Origin: Alkalispirochaeta sp.
GTDB taxonomy: Bacteria; Spirochaetota; Spirochaetia; DSM-27196; Alkalispirochaetaceae
NCBI GenBank assembly: GCA_965601925.1
Contig: OZ271854.1
Location: forward strand, 3,200,001 to 3,264,000
DNA: 64,000 nt
Direction of reading: 5' to 3'
Below, piece by piece: positions 19,483 through 30,407 of the stretch (position 1 is its first letter; every line of letters begins with the position of its first letter). Position numbers and translations under genes: made by a program. The notes under the pieces are model-generated. The model worked only from the letters and a program-made list of their open reading frames with translations, was not told where the DNA came from and searched no databases.

Positions 19483-21599
19483 TGAGTTTGGAACACGTAA
19501 CGCTCCTGTGCGTTGAGGACGATTCCGCGACGTTAGACGCGATGAAGACGCTCCTGGAAGGCGAGGTCAAGGCGCTCTATCTCGCGTCCGACGGCAGGGA
19601 GGGACTGGAGGCGTTCAAGGAGCATGAACCGGACATCGTGGTAACCGATATCGCCATGCCGCGTATGAGCGGTATCGAGATGGCACGGCAGATTAAGGAG
19701 ATCGATCCGCACCGCCCCGTCGCGATGGTGACGGCGTACGACGACAAGAGTCACCTCGAAAAAGCGGTCAATATCGGTATCAACAAATACATCTACAAGC
19801 CGATCGTTGCTGATTCACTCTTGGACACATTGGAGCAACTCGCCGATGTCGTACAAAAGACCGACCGGATGAGGAGCTCACTGTCCGGTGACGACGGGAA
19901 TCGTCCCGCTACGGTGAATCCGCTGGAGATTGCACTGGACGGCGCGGATAGCGGGTTTTTCGACTGGAACATCGCGACCGATCGCCTCGTGTGCGGGCCG
20001 GTCTTCGATCGGACGTTTCAAACCGGCGACAAAGACTCGCCGACGACATTCGAACAGTGGGTTAAAACGTGGCATCCCGACGACGCAGCGATGATGACGT
20101 CGGAGTTGACGGAGTACATTCAATCGCAACGATCGACGCCCTTCAATCGTCGGGTCCGGATGAGCAACGCCGCCGGGGAGTGGCTATCCATCTCGTTCCG
20201 GGGAAAGTCGTACACCGATGACGACGGAGAGCCGCACTTCGCCGGCATCGTCGAGGACATCACCGAGCAGTCGAAGCGCGAGCAGGTGATACTCGATCGC
20301 TCGAAGTTTGATACGGTCACCGGAGTACTTGCGCACGCCGCCTTCTCGGATCGCTTGACCCGGAAGATGGCCGATGCACATTTCCTCCTGTGCTTCATCT
20401 CCGTGGACAAGCTCGACGCGATACGCTCCTCCTTGGGTCCGACGAGAACGGATCGCATCCTCAAAACGACCGCGCAGCGGATAGAGACTTTTCGTAACGA
20501 CGGCGATCTTCTGGGGCGCATACGGCAGGATTCATTCGGACTGACCGTTACTGTCGGTGATAGGTCGGCCGAGCCGTCGACGCTCCTCGCCGCATTGGTC
20601 GAAAAGCTCAAAGAGCCGATCGACTGTTACGGCCGCCGGGTGACGATCACGACGAACATCGGAGTCGTACCCCATTCACCGGAAGCCGGTTTCACGGTCG
20701 ACGGGGTCATCCACCACGCCATGCTGGCGATGTACGAGAACACGACGCGCGATACGGACTATTTTCTCGACGATATCGCCGGCGGCCGGCTCGAGGAGGC
20801 GGATAGGTTGATCCATCGCTTCGATGCGGCGATCGAGCGCGATGAGCTGCGACTCGTGTATCAGCCGAAAGTCAATATGTCGACGGGCGAACTTGCAGGG
20901 CTGGAGGCGTTGGTTCGCTGGGAGCATCCGGAGCGCGGCCTTTTGACACCCGGCTCGTTTCTACCTTTTATCGAAAACGACCACCGCATCATGAAGAAAC
21001 TCGGAGAGTGGGTATTCACGAGCGCCTTCGGCCAATTGATGGCGTGGAAACACGAGGGATTCGATACGTCGATCAGTCTGAACGTGAGCGCCGGAGAGTT
21101 TGAAGACGATGGAGTACTGATACGGTTACAGTCGATGTTTCACGCACATCCGACGATTGATCCCGAGGCCGTTGAGATCGAGGTGCTCGAGACGCAGGCG
21201 GTCAAAAACATGGGGGAGTTTTCGACGCAGTTGCAGTCGTGCCGAGCGTTGGGAGTACGCGTTGCGATCGACGATTTCGGAACCGGATACGCATCGCTGA
21301 ACTATCTGAAAAACTTCCCGTGGGACACCCTTAAAATCGATCAGTCTTTTGTCAGAGATATCGTTACCAACTCTCGAAGCTCGTCGATCGTTGAGCTGTC
21401 GGTGAAACTTGCCGGCGCCTTCGATAGCGGGATTGTGGCTGAGGGGGTAGAGGACGAGGCGTGCGGTGTGACATTGCGGCGCTTCGGCTGCGACGTAGCG
21501 CAAGGGTACGCGATCTGTCGGCCTATTCCTCCGGAGGCCGTCGTCGAGTGGTACGAACACTGGGAACCGTTTCCGAGTTGGCAATCCGTGCCGGAGTAA
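19482..21599 (+). CDS. REC-PAS-degenerate GGDEF-EAL protein (probable c-di-GMP phosphodiesterase)
   Basis: VEDD/TDIAMP/YKP receiver; PAS (WHPDD); RQDSF in place of GGDEF; YQPK, EALVRW, DDFGTGY, KID, AEGVE; GTG 19482. Confidence 0.9.
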   Translation: MSLEHVTLLCVEDDSATLDAMKTLLEGEVKALYLASDGREGLEAFKEHEPDIVVTDIAMPRMSGIEMARQIKEIDPHRPVAMVTAYDDKSHLEKAVNIGINKYIYKPIVADSLLDTLEQLADVVQKTDRMRSSLSGDDGNRPATVNPLEIALDGADSGFFDWNIATDRLVCGPVFDRTFQTGDKDSPTTFEQWVKTWHPDDAAMMTSELTEYIQSQRSTPFNRRVRMSNAAGEWLSISFRGKSYTDDDGEPHFAGIVEDITEQSKREQVILDRSKFDTVTGVLAHAAFSDRLTRKMADAHFLLCFISVDKLDAIRSSLGPTRTDRILKTTAQRIETFRNDGDLLGRIRQDSFGLTVTVGDRSAEPSTLLAALVEKLKEPIDCYGRRVTITTNIGVVPHSPEAGFTVDGVIHHAMLAMYENTTRDTDYFLDDIAGGRLEEADRLIHRFDAAIERDELRLVYQPKVNMSTGELAGLEALVRWEHPERGLLTPGSFLPFIENDHRIMKKLGEWVFTSAFGQLMAWKHEGFDTSISLNVSAGEFEDDGVLIRLQSMFHAHPTIDPEAVEIEVLETQAVKNMGEFSTQLQSCRALGVRVAIDDFGTGYASLNYLKNFPWDTLKIDQSFVRDIVTNSRSSSIVELSVKLAGAFDSGIVAEGVEDEACGVTLRRFGCDVAQGYAICRPIPPEAVVEWYEHWEPFPSWQSVPE

Positions 21600-21680
21600 T
21601 CGCGTGCCGCGTGCCGCCGTCCGACGCCTCTCCAACGCCCCCAAGACCGACCGCACACGATCTGCTAAGGTACGATACGA

Positions 21681-22436
21681 ATGGCCGTTTCGCTCTTCGA
21701 TACCGTCGCCGTGCTTCCGCATCTTCCTCGGTTCCTTGGCGACGAGGAGGAGTTTGCCGCGTTGACCTCCCTTGCGCCGCCGGTGGTCGCCGCCGTCTGT
21801 CGGCACGGATACATGCCCATGGCCTTCGGAGACGACGGGCCGCCGATACTCTTGATCAAATGCCACCACAGACGCGCAGTCCTGGAGTTTGAGAACCTCC
21901 ACGTCCCGCGCAATACGGCGCGTTACGCCCGAGACTTGCTCATCGGCATCGATGTCGACTTCGTCGGTGCATTGGACGACGTGTTGGCACACCACCGCGA
22001 GTCGTGGATCTCCTCGGATCTTGCAAGGACCCTCGTTACGATCCATGAGACGCCGATCGAAGGGGTGCACGTTCATTCGGTGGAACTCTACGAAGAAGAC
22101 CGCCGCATCGCCGGGGAGATCGGGTACGCGTGCGGCGGCGTCTATACGAGCCTCTCGGGGTTCCACACCAGAAACGGGAGCGGAACGGCGCAGATGGTAG
22201 CGCTCGCGGTTGTTCTCAAGGAGGCGGGATGCGCCTTCTGGGATCTGGGCATGGAGATGGACTACAAGGACCGACTGGGCGCAACGTATATGGTGCGCGA
22301 CGCGTTTCTGCAACGCTATCGGACACTCGGCGAACTCTCGCCTCCCGGTGCGCCCGGAACGCAGTGCACGCTCCCGCGCGGTATGATCTCCGAGACCGTC
22401 GCCGAGATCGTGCAGCGGGCACGCGGACGGACATAG
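21681..22436 (+). CDS. aat: Leucyl/phenylalanyl-tRNA--protein transferase
   Basis: GYMPM, ESWIS, HSVEL, GEIGY, SLSGF, DLGM. Confidence 0.82.
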   Translation: MAVSLFDTVAVLPHLPRFLGDEEEFAALTSLAPPVVAAVCRHGYMPMAFGDDGPPILLIKCHHRRAVLEFENLHVPRNTARYARDLLIGIDVDFVGALDDVLAHHRESWISSDLARTLVTIHETPIEGVHVHSVELYEEDRRIAGEIGYACGGVYTSLSGFHTRNGSGTAQMVALAVVLKEAGCAFWDLGMEMDYKDRLGATYMVRDAFLQRYRTLGELSPPGAPGTQCTLPRGMISETVAEIVQRARGRT

Positions 22437-22471
22437 CATCCACGGCGACGCACGGCGAGTGAACACAACGC

Positions 22472-22514
22472 TTGACCGCGACAACCCGTTTTTGTATTTT
22501 GTTCAATGTTGAAC
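22472..22514 (+). promoter_or_regulatory. Promoter with a palindromic operator
   Basis: TTGACC-17 bp-TATTTT, then GTTCAA-TG-TTGAAC (22501-22514). Confidence 0.55.
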
Positions 22515-22535
22515 GATAAAGAAAGGAGTGTCGCT

Positions 22536-23489
22536 ATGGATACGACATTACAGTTGGGCGGACTACACCACGTGACCGCCATAACCGGTTCGGCGGGCGA
22601 GAACGTGCGATTCTATACGCGCGTTTTGGGTCTCAGACTGGTAAAAAAGACGGTGAACCAGGACGACACCTCGGCCTACCATCTCTATTATGCCGACGCA
22701 GTAGGAAGTCCCGGAACGGACATGACATTTTTCGACTGGCCTGCGCTGCCGGAGGCGCGCCCCGGGAACGATAGCATCTCCCGAACGTGGTTTCGCGTCG
22801 CAAGCGAGGCGAGTCTCGATTTCTGGAGCGACAGACTACGCACCGCGGAGGCGCGTGATATCGAGCGCGCGACGGTCGCGGGACACTCGGTGCTCACATT
22901 TACCGATTTCGAGGGACAGCGCCTCGGGCTGGTCGATGACGAAGACTCACCGGTTGAGGGGACCCCTCATGCGGTCGAGGATATTCCGGCCGAGCACCGT
23001 ATTCGCGGTTTTTTTGCGGTGGAGCTCACCGTAGCCGACCGTAACGAGGTCGATCCGATTTTGACCTCTCTACTCGCGATGGAGTACGCCGGCGGCGAGG
23101 GGCGCGCGACGAACCCGCACATTTATCGGATGGCCGGCGGCGGTGCGGGACGTGAGGTGTGGATTCGGGAGGCGCCCGATATGGGTCGCGCTCGCCAGGG
23201 GCGAGGGGCGGTCCACCACGTCGCCTTTCGCGTCGCCGACGAGGCGGAGCAGGGCCGGTGGGAGGAACGTCTAAACGGCGTGGGAATGCCCCATTCGGGG
23301 CAGATCGAGCGGTTCTATTTCAAATCGGTCTACTTCCGCATCTCCGACGGCATCCTCTTTGAGCTGGCGACCGACGGGCCCGGCTTTGCGACGGACGAGG
23401 AGATGGAGCACTTGGGCGAGACGCTCTCGCTCCCGCCCTTTTTGGAGCCGCAGCGCGACCGGATCGAGGCGGGCCTTACCCCGATTTGA
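22536..23489 (+). CDS. Ring-cleaving dioxygenase/glyoxalase (MhqO-like VOC)
   Basis: [50 protein letters not shown]. Confidence 0.92.
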   Translation: MDTTLQLGGLHHVTAITGSAGENVRFYTRVLGLRLVKKTVNQDDTSAYHLYYADAVGSPGTDMTFFDWPALPEARPGNDSISRTWFRVASEASLDFWSDRLRTAEARDIERATVAGHSVLTFTDFEGQRLGLVDDEDSPVEGTPHAVEDIPAEHRIRGFFAVELTVADRNEVDPILTSLLAMEYAGGEGRATNPHIYRMAGGGAGREVWIREAPDMGRARQGRGAVHHVAFRVADEAEQGRWEERLNGVGMPHSGQIERFYFKSVYFRISDGILFELATDGPGFATDEEMEHLGETLSLPPFLEPQRDRIEAGLTPI

Positions 23490-24984
23490 GGCCGCCGTAC
23501 GACTCGGCGAGGCGGAGCTCGCGACGAAATGCGCTAAGACGGGTCGCCCGGTCGATCAAGACCATCTCGACCCCCGCGATCTCCGCGTAATCCTCCATCA
23601 TTTCCGTGGTGACGGCCTGACTGAAACCGGTGTGGTGGGCGCCTCCGGCGTAGATCCACGCCGTGGCGGCCGTCTCCAACTCGGGCCTGGGAATCCAGAC
23701 GGTACGGGCGACGGGGAGGTGCGGGAGGCGTTCGTCGGGCGCAACGGCATCGACCTCATTGACGATCAGCCTGAAGCGGTCGCCGAGGTCTATCATGGAC
23801 GCGTTGAGCGCCTCGCCGGGCGGCGAGTCGAACACCATACGTACGGGATCGGCTTTGCCGCCGATCCCCAATGGGTGAATTTCCACCGTCGGTCTTCCCG
23901 CGGCGATGGAGGGACAGATTTCAAGCATATGTGCACCGAGGACGCGCTCCCGCCCCGGCTCAAAGTGGTACGTATAGTCCTCCATGAACGAGGTGCCGCC
24001 CGGCAGTCCGGACGCCATCACCTTCATCGCCCGCAGCAGCGCCGCGGTCTTCCAGTCCCCCTCGGCCCCGAATCCGTACCCATCGGCCATGAGGCGCTGA
24101 ACGGGCAGGCCCGGCAACTGATCGAGGCCGTGAAGGTTCTCGAAGGTGTCGGTAAAGGCGACGAACTTCCCGTCCTCCAGAAAGACGCGTAGTGCCGCCT
24201 CGATCCGCGCCGCGTAGCGGAGTGCGTCGTGCCGTTCTCCGCCGGGCATGAGTGCGGCGGCCACGGTGTATCGGTCCGTATATTCGGCAACCAGACGATC
24301 GACTTCGCCGTCGGGTACCTCGAGGAGACGGGCCGACAGATCGCCCATGCCGTACCCGTTCACCGAGTAACCGAACGTGATCTCCGCCGCCACTTTGTCA
24401 CCCTCGGTTACCGCAACGTCGCGCATGTTGTCGCCGAAGCGCGCGATACGCGCCCCCTGGAGGTCGGCCCACGCCGCTGCGGCGCGCGTCCACGCTCCGA
24501 TACGTCTCCGTGGAGTTGTGCTTTCCCAATGACCGGTGACCACTTTGCGTCGCAGCCCCATGCGAGTGGCGATGAAGCCGAACTCGCGGCCGCCGTGTGC
24601 CGTCTGGTGCAGATTCATGAAGTCCATATCGATGGTGCGCCACGGAATATCTCTACCGTACTGCGTATGAAAATGAAGGAGCGGTTTCGCCAAGCGACGG
24701 AGGCCGGCGATCCACATCTTCGCCGGAGAGAACGTGTGCATCCACAGCACGACGCCGATGCACCGCCCTTCGTCGTTCGCCTCGGCCACGGCATGGGAAA
24801 TCTCCTCGGCTCTCGTCAGTACGCCTTTGTACCGTACCGGTACCGGTATCTCCGCGCTCTCGTCCAAGGCGGCGGCGATCCGGGAGGCGTCCCCGGCGAC
24901 CTCTTTTAAGGGGCCGGGACCGTATAGATGTTGGCTTCCCGCATAGAACCACACCTCGAGTTCATCGAACCGGATTTCCGCCAT
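23476..24984 (-). CDS. araA: L-arabinose isomerase
   Basis: [45 protein letters not shown]. Confidence 0.97.
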   Translation of the reverse strand: MAEIRFDELEVWFYAGSQHLYGPGPLKEVAGDASRIAAALDESAEIPVPVRYKGVLTRAEEISHAVAEANDEGRCIGVVLWMHTFSPAKMWIAGLRRLAKPLLHFHTQYGRDIPWRTIDMDFMNLHQTAHGGREFGFIATRMGLRRKVVTGHWESTTPRRRIGAWTRAAAAWADLQGARIARFGDNMRDVAVTEGDKVAAEITFGYSVNGYGMGDLSARLLEVPDGEVDRLVAEYTDRYTVAAALMPGGERHDALRYAARIEAALRVFLEDGKFVAFTDTFENLHGLDQLPGLPVQRLMADGYGFGAEGDWKTAALLRAMKVMASGLPGGTSFMEDYTYHFEPGRERVLGAHMLEICPSIAAGRPTVEIHPLGIGGKADPVRMVFDSPPGEALNASMIDLGDRFRLIVNEVDAVAPDERLPHLPVARTVWIPRPELETAATAWIYAGGAHHTGFSQAVTTEMMEDYAEIAGVEMVLIDRATRLSAFRRELRLAESYGGLKSG

Positions 24985-26104
24985 AGTGTCCGTCTCCTTG
25001 GGTGAACATGTCTCCGGCCGATGCAGCCGAGTGGTGAAACCGAAGCGTCTCTTGGGAGACGAGATCGACCGGTATTCTGTGTTGCGGTTCTATCGTCTCT
25101 CCCAATACTGCGTGACGATAGAGGGCGTACACCGCCTGATAGCCCTGATTTCCCGGCTGTTGGTTAATGAGGAACGAAAGCTCTCCGTCGCGCAGGCACG
25201 TGATGTTTTCCGAAATGAGGTCGTATCCCACTATCGGAGGAATGTGCATGGGGCGCAGCGCCGCTACAACGGCGTGCGCCGCCGCGTTGGTGACGAAGAT
25301 TCCCGCTAACGGCGGCGCATCGGCCGCACCGCGGCGACGTACCACCTCGTACAGATGGCGCTCGTCGTGCGCCTCTATGCGTTCGACGTCAATCGCGCGT
25401 CTCTCGTTCCCGGCGACCGCCGTCTTTTCGAGACTGCCTGCAAAATACGCCTCGAACCCGGCGCGACGGCGATTGAGATGGTAATCGCCTTGTCCGACCG
25501 TAACCGACGCGACGCGCCCGGTACGCGCCAACAAGTGGAGCATCTTGGCCGCCAGGAGTCCGCTCTCAAAGCTCTCCTGGGAGATTGAGCAGAGCACCGT
25601 TCCGTCGGGAAGCTCGCCGTCCAATACCACCGTAGGAATCTCACCGTGGTCGGCGAGCAGGCGTGAAACCTCCCGTTGCAGCGTCGGTGCCAGTACCATC
25701 CCGCGCACTCGTCGTTCCCGCGCCGCACCTGCGCCGGACTCGACAAACACCTCCTCCACCGCGCGGTCGAACGAGGGTGGGTCGAATCGGTCGTAGTGCG
25801 CAAACCGTACGTTGACATAGTGGTGCGCCAACTCTTTCACCGCACGAGTGATTCCGGCAACGACGAGCTTCCAAAATCCACCGTCCTGGTCGGGGTGGGG
25901 TAGCAACGCGAGAAACGTGTGATGCTCGGCGCGGGAGAGATTGCTCGCGACGCGGTTGGGCTGAAAGCGAAGGCTCTTCGCCGCTTCCCACACGCGTTCG
26001 GCGGTGTTCTTGGAGAATCGTCCCCGGTTGTGAAACACGCGATCGACCGTGCCGATTGAAACCCCGGCGAGAAGGGCTACGTCCTTCATCGTAGCGGTCT
26101 TCAG
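24962..26104 (-). CDS. LacI family regulator (probable arabinose repressor)
   Basis: [21 protein letters not shown] plus sugar-binding domain; start CTG 26104 or ATG 26089. Confidence 0.9.
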   Translation of the reverse strand: MKTATMKDVALLAGVSIGTVDRVFHNRGRFSKNTAERVWEAAKSLRFQPNRVASNLSRAEHHTFLALLPHPDQDGGFWKLVVAGITRAVKELAHHYVNVRFAHYDRFDPPSFDRAVEEVFVESGAGAARERRVRGMVLAPTLQREVSRLLADHGEIPTVVLDGELPDGTVLCSISQESFESGLLAAKMLHLLARTGRVASVTVGQGDYHLNRRRAGFEAYFAGSLEKTAVAGNERRAIDVERIEAHDERHLYEVVRRRGAADAPPLAGIFVTNAAAHAVVAALRPMHIPPIVGYDLISENITCLRDGELSFLINQQPGNQGYQAVYALYRHAVLGETIEPQHRIPVDLVSQETLRFHHSAASAGDMFTQGDGHYGGNPVR

Positions 26105-26152
26105 TCCGGCCTCCGGTTGCGCGCCGTCTTCATATTTCAATGGTATCCTCTG

Positions 26153-26236
26153 TGCGTTACCGTTAACGCGATTGTACGACCGCCCTCTGAGCCTGTCAAG
26201 ATTGAACTTTACAAGCGCGAACGAGTGCGGTATCGT
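26153..26236. promoter_or_regulatory. Divergent ara promoters with a LacI-type operator
   Basis: Minus strand TTGACA(26199)-17 bp-TACAAT, followed by TGCGTTACCGTTAACGCG (26153-26170); plus strand TTTACA(26208)-17 bp-TATCGT. Confidence 0.72.
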
Positions 26237-26273
26237 CGACGCCGACACCACCATTATATACAGGGAGCTCATC

Positions 26274-27956
26274 ATGGCGTATACGATCGGATTAGACTAC
26301 GGTACCAACTCGGCGCGCGCGGTAGTAGTGCGCCTATCCGACGGGGCGGAAGTTGCGACCGAGATTGCCACATACTCCCACGGGGAAGAGGGCATTCTTC
26401 TCGACCGGCGGGACCCCAATGTGGCGCGACAACACCCGGCGGACTATCTGGAGGCGGCGCGTCGGACGGTTCGTGCCGCGGTGCAGCGTGCGACGGAGAT
26501 GGGGGTAAAGGCCGACGAGGTGATCGCCCTCGGTGTCGATACCACCGGCAGCACCCCGCTTCCGATTATGCGTGACCTCACCCCTTTGGCGATGACCGAT
26601 GAGTTTGCCGACAACATGACCGCCATGGCGTGGCTCTGGAAGGACCACAGCTCGACCGCCGAGGCCGAGGCGATTACCACCGCGGCTCGCAAAGATCGAC
26701 CTCGTTATCTCGCCAAGACCGGTGGCGTGTACTCGTCGGAGTGGCTGTGGGCCAAGGTGTGGCGGGCGTGGCGCGACGACCCCACGGTGGTGGAGGCGGC
26801 CGATACGTGGATGGAGATCGCCGACTGGATTCCGGCGACGCTGTGCGGCATCCGCGACGCCGCCTCGGTGCGGCGGAGTGTATGCGCCGCGGGACACAAG
26901 GGGATGTTTCACTCCTCGTGGGGCGGCTACCCGGACGAGGAGTTTTTGGCTTCCTTGGAGCCCGCTCTTGCCGCGGTGCGGCGGACCCTTCCCGATGAGG
27001 CGTGGGGCGTCGAGCACGCCGTCGGCACGCTCGACGATTCGTGGGCCGACGCGTTCGGCCTCCGTGCCGGGATTCCCGTGGCGGTGGGCGCCTTCGATGC
27101 GCACCTCGGTGCCGTGGGGTCCGGTATCAAGGCGGGGAGATTGGTAAAGATCGTCGGTACGTCTACCTGCGATATCATGGTCGCCTCAGACGACGGTTCG
27201 ATACCCGATATTCCCGGTATCTCGGGCATCGTTCCCGGTTCGGTTCTTCCCGGGTACCTCGGCATCGAGGCGGGACAGAGTGCCGTCGGCGATATTTTTA
27301 ACTGGTTCGTCAACGTGATCAGCCCCGGTGGGCGTGAGGCGGGAAGCCACGAAGCGCTCACCGCCGCCGCCGAGACGCTCCGGCCCGGCGAAAGCGGACT
27401 TTTGGCCCTCGACTGGCACAACGGTAATCGCACCGTTTTGGTGGATCAGCGGCTTACGGGTACCATTGTCGGGCTGACGCTCCACAGTACTCCCGGCGAG
27501 ATCTATCGGGCGCTGGTGGAGGCGACCGCCTTCGGCGCGCGACGCATTATCGAGCAGATCGAGTCATACGGGCAGAAGATCGACGAGGTCGTCAACTGCG
27601 GCGGTATCTCGATCAAGAACACCTTGGTCATGCAGACCTACGCCGACGTACTCAATCGTCCCATGAAGATATCGCGCAGTACCCAGACGCCGGCGCTCGG
27701 GAGCGCTATCGCCGCGGCGGTCGTCGCGGGAGGAGAACGGGGAGGATACGATGATTTCGATGCCGCTATGGACGCCATGACGGGAACGATGGAACGCGTG
27801 TTCGAGCCGATACCGGCGCATGTCGCGGTTTACGAACGACTGTATCGACTCTACCGGGCGATCCATGACGCCTTCGGTGTAGAGGGAGAAGCGGTGTCGC
27901 TTTTTCACGTCATGAAGGAGCTGTTGGATATTCGTAACGAGGAGCGACGGTCGTGA
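26274..27956 (+). CDS. araB: L-ribulokinase
   Basis: IGLDYGTNS, DTTGST, LWKDH, CAAGHK, LDWHNGNRT, ATAFGAR. Confidence 0.96.
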   Translation: MAYTIGLDYGTNSARAVVVRLSDGAEVATEIATYSHGEEGILLDRRDPNVARQHPADYLEAARRTVRAAVQRATEMGVKADEVIALGVDTTGSTPLPIMRDLTPLAMTDEFADNMTAMAWLWKDHSSTAEAEAITTAARKDRPRYLAKTGGVYSSEWLWAKVWRAWRDDPTVVEAADTWMEIADWIPATLCGIRDAASVRRSVCAAGHKGMFHSSWGGYPDEEFLASLEPALAAVRRTLPDEAWGVEHAVGTLDDSWADAFGLRAGIPVAVGAFDAHLGAVGSGIKAGRLVKIVGTSTCDIMVASDDGSIPDIPGISGIVPGSVLPGYLGIEAGQSAVGDIFNWFVNVISPGGREAGSHEALTAAAETLRPGESGLLALDWHNGNRTVLVDQRLTGTIVGLTLHSTPGEIYRALVEATAFGARRIIEQIESYGQKIDEVVNCGGISIKNTLVMQTYADVLNRPMKISRSTQTPALGSAIAAAVVAGGERGGYDDFDAAMDAMTGTMERVFEPIPAHVAVYERLYRLYRAIHDAFGVEGEAVSLFHVMKELLDIRNEERRS

Positions 27957-28660
27957 GTTGGAACGAGCTGCGCGCACAGACTCTGGAGGCGAACCGAGCG
28001 GTCGTGGAGGCGGGGTTGGTCCTCCTCACGTGGGGCAACGTGAGCGTGCGCCACGCTACCGAGCCGGTTATGGCGATCAAACCGAGCGGCGTCGCCTACG
28101 ATGAACTCACACCCGAGTCGATGGTAATCGTCTCGATCGAAACCGGGGAAACGGTCGACGGCGCGCTTCGTCCCTCCTCCGATACCGCGACCCATCTTGA
28201 ACTCTACCGATCGTTCCCCGCCGCCGGCGCGGTCGTTCACACGCACAGCACCTACGCCGTCGCATTTGCTCAGGCGCATCGCGACGTACCGATCCTCGGT
28301 ACGACCCACGCCGACCACTTTCGCGACGCCGTACCGGTGACCCGCGAGATGACTCCCACGGAGGTCGCCGAGGACTACGAGGGCAATACCGGCAGAGTAA
28401 TCGTCGAGACCTTCAAGACGCGCGGCATCGATGCCGCCGATGTTCCCGGCGTGCTGGTTGCAAGCCACGGCCCTTTTGCGTGGGGTAAGAGCGCCGTCGG
28501 GGCGGTCGAGAATGCGATCGTGTTGGAGGAGTGTGCGCGTATGGCACTTACGACGTCGGCGATCAATCCGTCGGTGTCACGCGCACCGCAATATCTGACG
28601 GAAAAGCACTTCCTCCGCAAACACGGCTCCGGCGCGTACTACGGGCAAGGGGCGCGGTAG
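27953..28660 (+). CDS. araD: L-ribulose-5-phosphate 4-epimerase
   Basis: TWGNVS, IKPSG, PSSDT, HTHS, GTTHAD, HGPF, AYYGQ. Confidence 0.96.
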   Translation: MSWNELRAQTLEANRAVVEAGLVLLTWGNVSVRHATEPVMAIKPSGVAYDELTPESMVIVSIETGETVDGALRPSSDTATHLELYRSFPAAGAVVHTHSTYAVAFAQAHRDVPILGTTHADHFRDAVPVTREMTPTEVAEDYEGNTGRVIVETFKTRGIDAADVPGVLVASHGPFAWGKSAVGAVENAIVLEECARMALTTSAINPSVSRAPQYLTEKHFLRKHGSGAYYGQGAR

Positions 28661-28897
28661 TACCGCCGTACCCGGCTCTTCCGCTTCGCTCGATATCGAT
28701 CCGTCCTATGTGACGTCGCGTCTCAGTCGGTCGCGGTACAACGGCGTCACGCATCCTTCGGTTGTCCCGCCCCGATGAGTGCGCCGCCGGCTGCAGTCCC
28801 CGCGCAGCCGATGCGACTTCGCACCGCCGCCGACGGGTGAGGATTGCGTTATGCGACGACGACTGCACTGATTTATCCGGTACATATGTAGTTTTCC

Positions 28898-28928
28898 TTG
28901 ACCTGGAGTGCGGACCAGCTTGTATGGT
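28898..28928 (+). promoter_or_regulatory. MerR-type promoter with a 19-bp spacer
   Basis: TTGACC-19 bp-TATGGT containing the dyad CTGG-AGTGCGGA-CCAG. Confidence 0.7.
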
Positions 28929-28934
28929 TGTCTC

Positions 28935-29366
28935 GTGAGCACGGCTAAATCGATTAGCGAAGTCGCCATTGAAACGGGTCTGACCATAGATGCACTCAGG
29001 TATTACGAGAAGATCGGACTGATCCCGGAGTTAACGCGTTCTCCGAGTGGGCATCGTATCTACTCCGAGGCGGATGTCACGTGGATTTCGTTCCTTATTC
29101 GACTGAAAGCGACCGGCATGTCGATTGTTCACATGAAGAGGTTCGCGGCTCTCCGTCGTCACGGTGACGTTTCGGTTCCCGAGCGAATCGAAATGCTCAA
29201 AGAGCATCGGCGCGAAATCGAACGGAGGATCGACGAGCTTGGGTCGTTCCTCCATATGATCGATGCAAAAATCGAGCGACATGAAACGTTTTTAAAACGA
29301 AGGGGAGGGGGGCGAGGCAGTGGACACAAAGCGAACATGGCTCGCGGATATCATCCAAGCGAATAG
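28935..29366 (+). CDS. MerR family regulator (AdhR/NmlR-like)
   Basis: ISEVA, LRYYEKIGL, GHRIYS, LKATGMSI. Confidence 0.92.
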   Translation: MSTAKSISEVAIETGLTIDALRYYEKIGLIPELTRSPSGHRIYSEADVTWISFLIRLKATGMSIVHMKRFAALRRHGDVSVPERIEMLKEHRREIERRIDELGSFLHMIDAKIERHETFLKRRGGGRGSGHKANMARGYHPSE

Positions 29367-29907
29367 TGATTTTCGGAGTCGGATCGATCGCGAAATCCTT
29401 CCGGTGTCGCGTCGGCCGGGGAATGTCGTGATCACGTGCATGGATCCGCGCATCAATCTCGCCGCCATCGGTATCCGACCGTTTTCCGACGTCGGCGAAG
29501 GGTACTCACCCACGCGAATCATACGCACGATCGGTGGCGTCGCCGATGATCGTTCGTTGATCGTAGGACTGCATCTTGCCGGAATAACGGAAGTTGTCGT
29601 ACTGATGCATACCGATTGCGGATGTTCGTCGGCGTTTCATAACGTTGATAAAATCGAAGCGCACATGATCAAAAGTCTCGATGAGCATTCGATGGACCGC
29701 ATTCGCCGATCCGTCGGAGAACCATTTATCGAGAAGCTTCGCGACCACTTGCACGCGTTTAACGATCCGTATCGAGCGTGCAAAGATGAGGTGGCTCGCA
29801 TTCGGCGCCTTCCCTTCGTTCCCGAGTACACCGTGATTCATGGATTGGTTTATGATATCGAAACCGGTGCGGTCGACGTCGTCGCAAACGGATACGTAAG
29901 CCCTTAG
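29320..29907 (+). CDS. Beta-class carbonic anhydrase-like protein
   Basis: CMDPR and HTDCG Zn motifs; GLVYDIETG. Confidence 0.88.
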   Translation: MDTKRTWLADIIQANSDFRSRIDREILPVSRRPGNVVITCMDPRINLAAIGIRPFSDVGEGYSPTRIIRTIGGVADDRSLIVGLHLAGITEVVVLMHTDCGCSSAFHNVDKIEAHMIKSLDEHSMDRIRRSVGEPFIEKLRDHLHAFNDPYRACKDEVARIRRLPFVPEYTVIHGLVYDIETGAVDVVANGYVSP

Positions 29908-30338
29908 ATTCTCGTTCATTGTACTATTATCTCTCCGTACTTCGAACGTTCGGTGGAGTGCGACGAGAGCCGCGCTGTCTGTCATCCGCCGTTACGCCGG
30001 CGCAGCCAAGCTCCCTCGTCACGACTTTTGCGCGCACAAAGCCGGCGCCGATCCCGCCGCTGCACGCCGAGGCGCGCATTGACCGCATCATTGGAGTTGA
30101 CGGCTGTTTTCGGGTAGTCGAGATTCATCTCCGGACTTCGGTGCGGCACACGAAAATTCTGAAACAGCGGCAAAACTCAGAAGAAAAGATGGCGCCGGTA
30201 GGAGTATACTCGTCATTGATGATTCAAATGGTCGTGTTTGATTGTGACCACGGCTGACGGCAACGGCGGCTGAATGGCAGGTTCAGCGGTGACCGTTGCG
30301 ATGGCCTGTGTTTATCGAGATCGGGGTCCGATCAGTGA

Positions 30339-30407
30339 CTGATCGATGTCTTCCGCGAAACGCTCGGTATGACGCCGGGGCGATATCGAAAGGAGGGGCG
30401 GAGATGA
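30339..30407 (+). pseudogene. 3' remnant of an AraC-family gene
   Basis: Reads LIDVFRETLGMTPGRYRKEGRR*, similar to the downstream AraC end (DVFRQKLGVTPGRYR); in-frame TGA at 30336. Confidence 0.7.

Noticed and set aside
21126..22484. 452-aa minus-strand ORF
   Set aside because: Shadow of the EAL gene and aat
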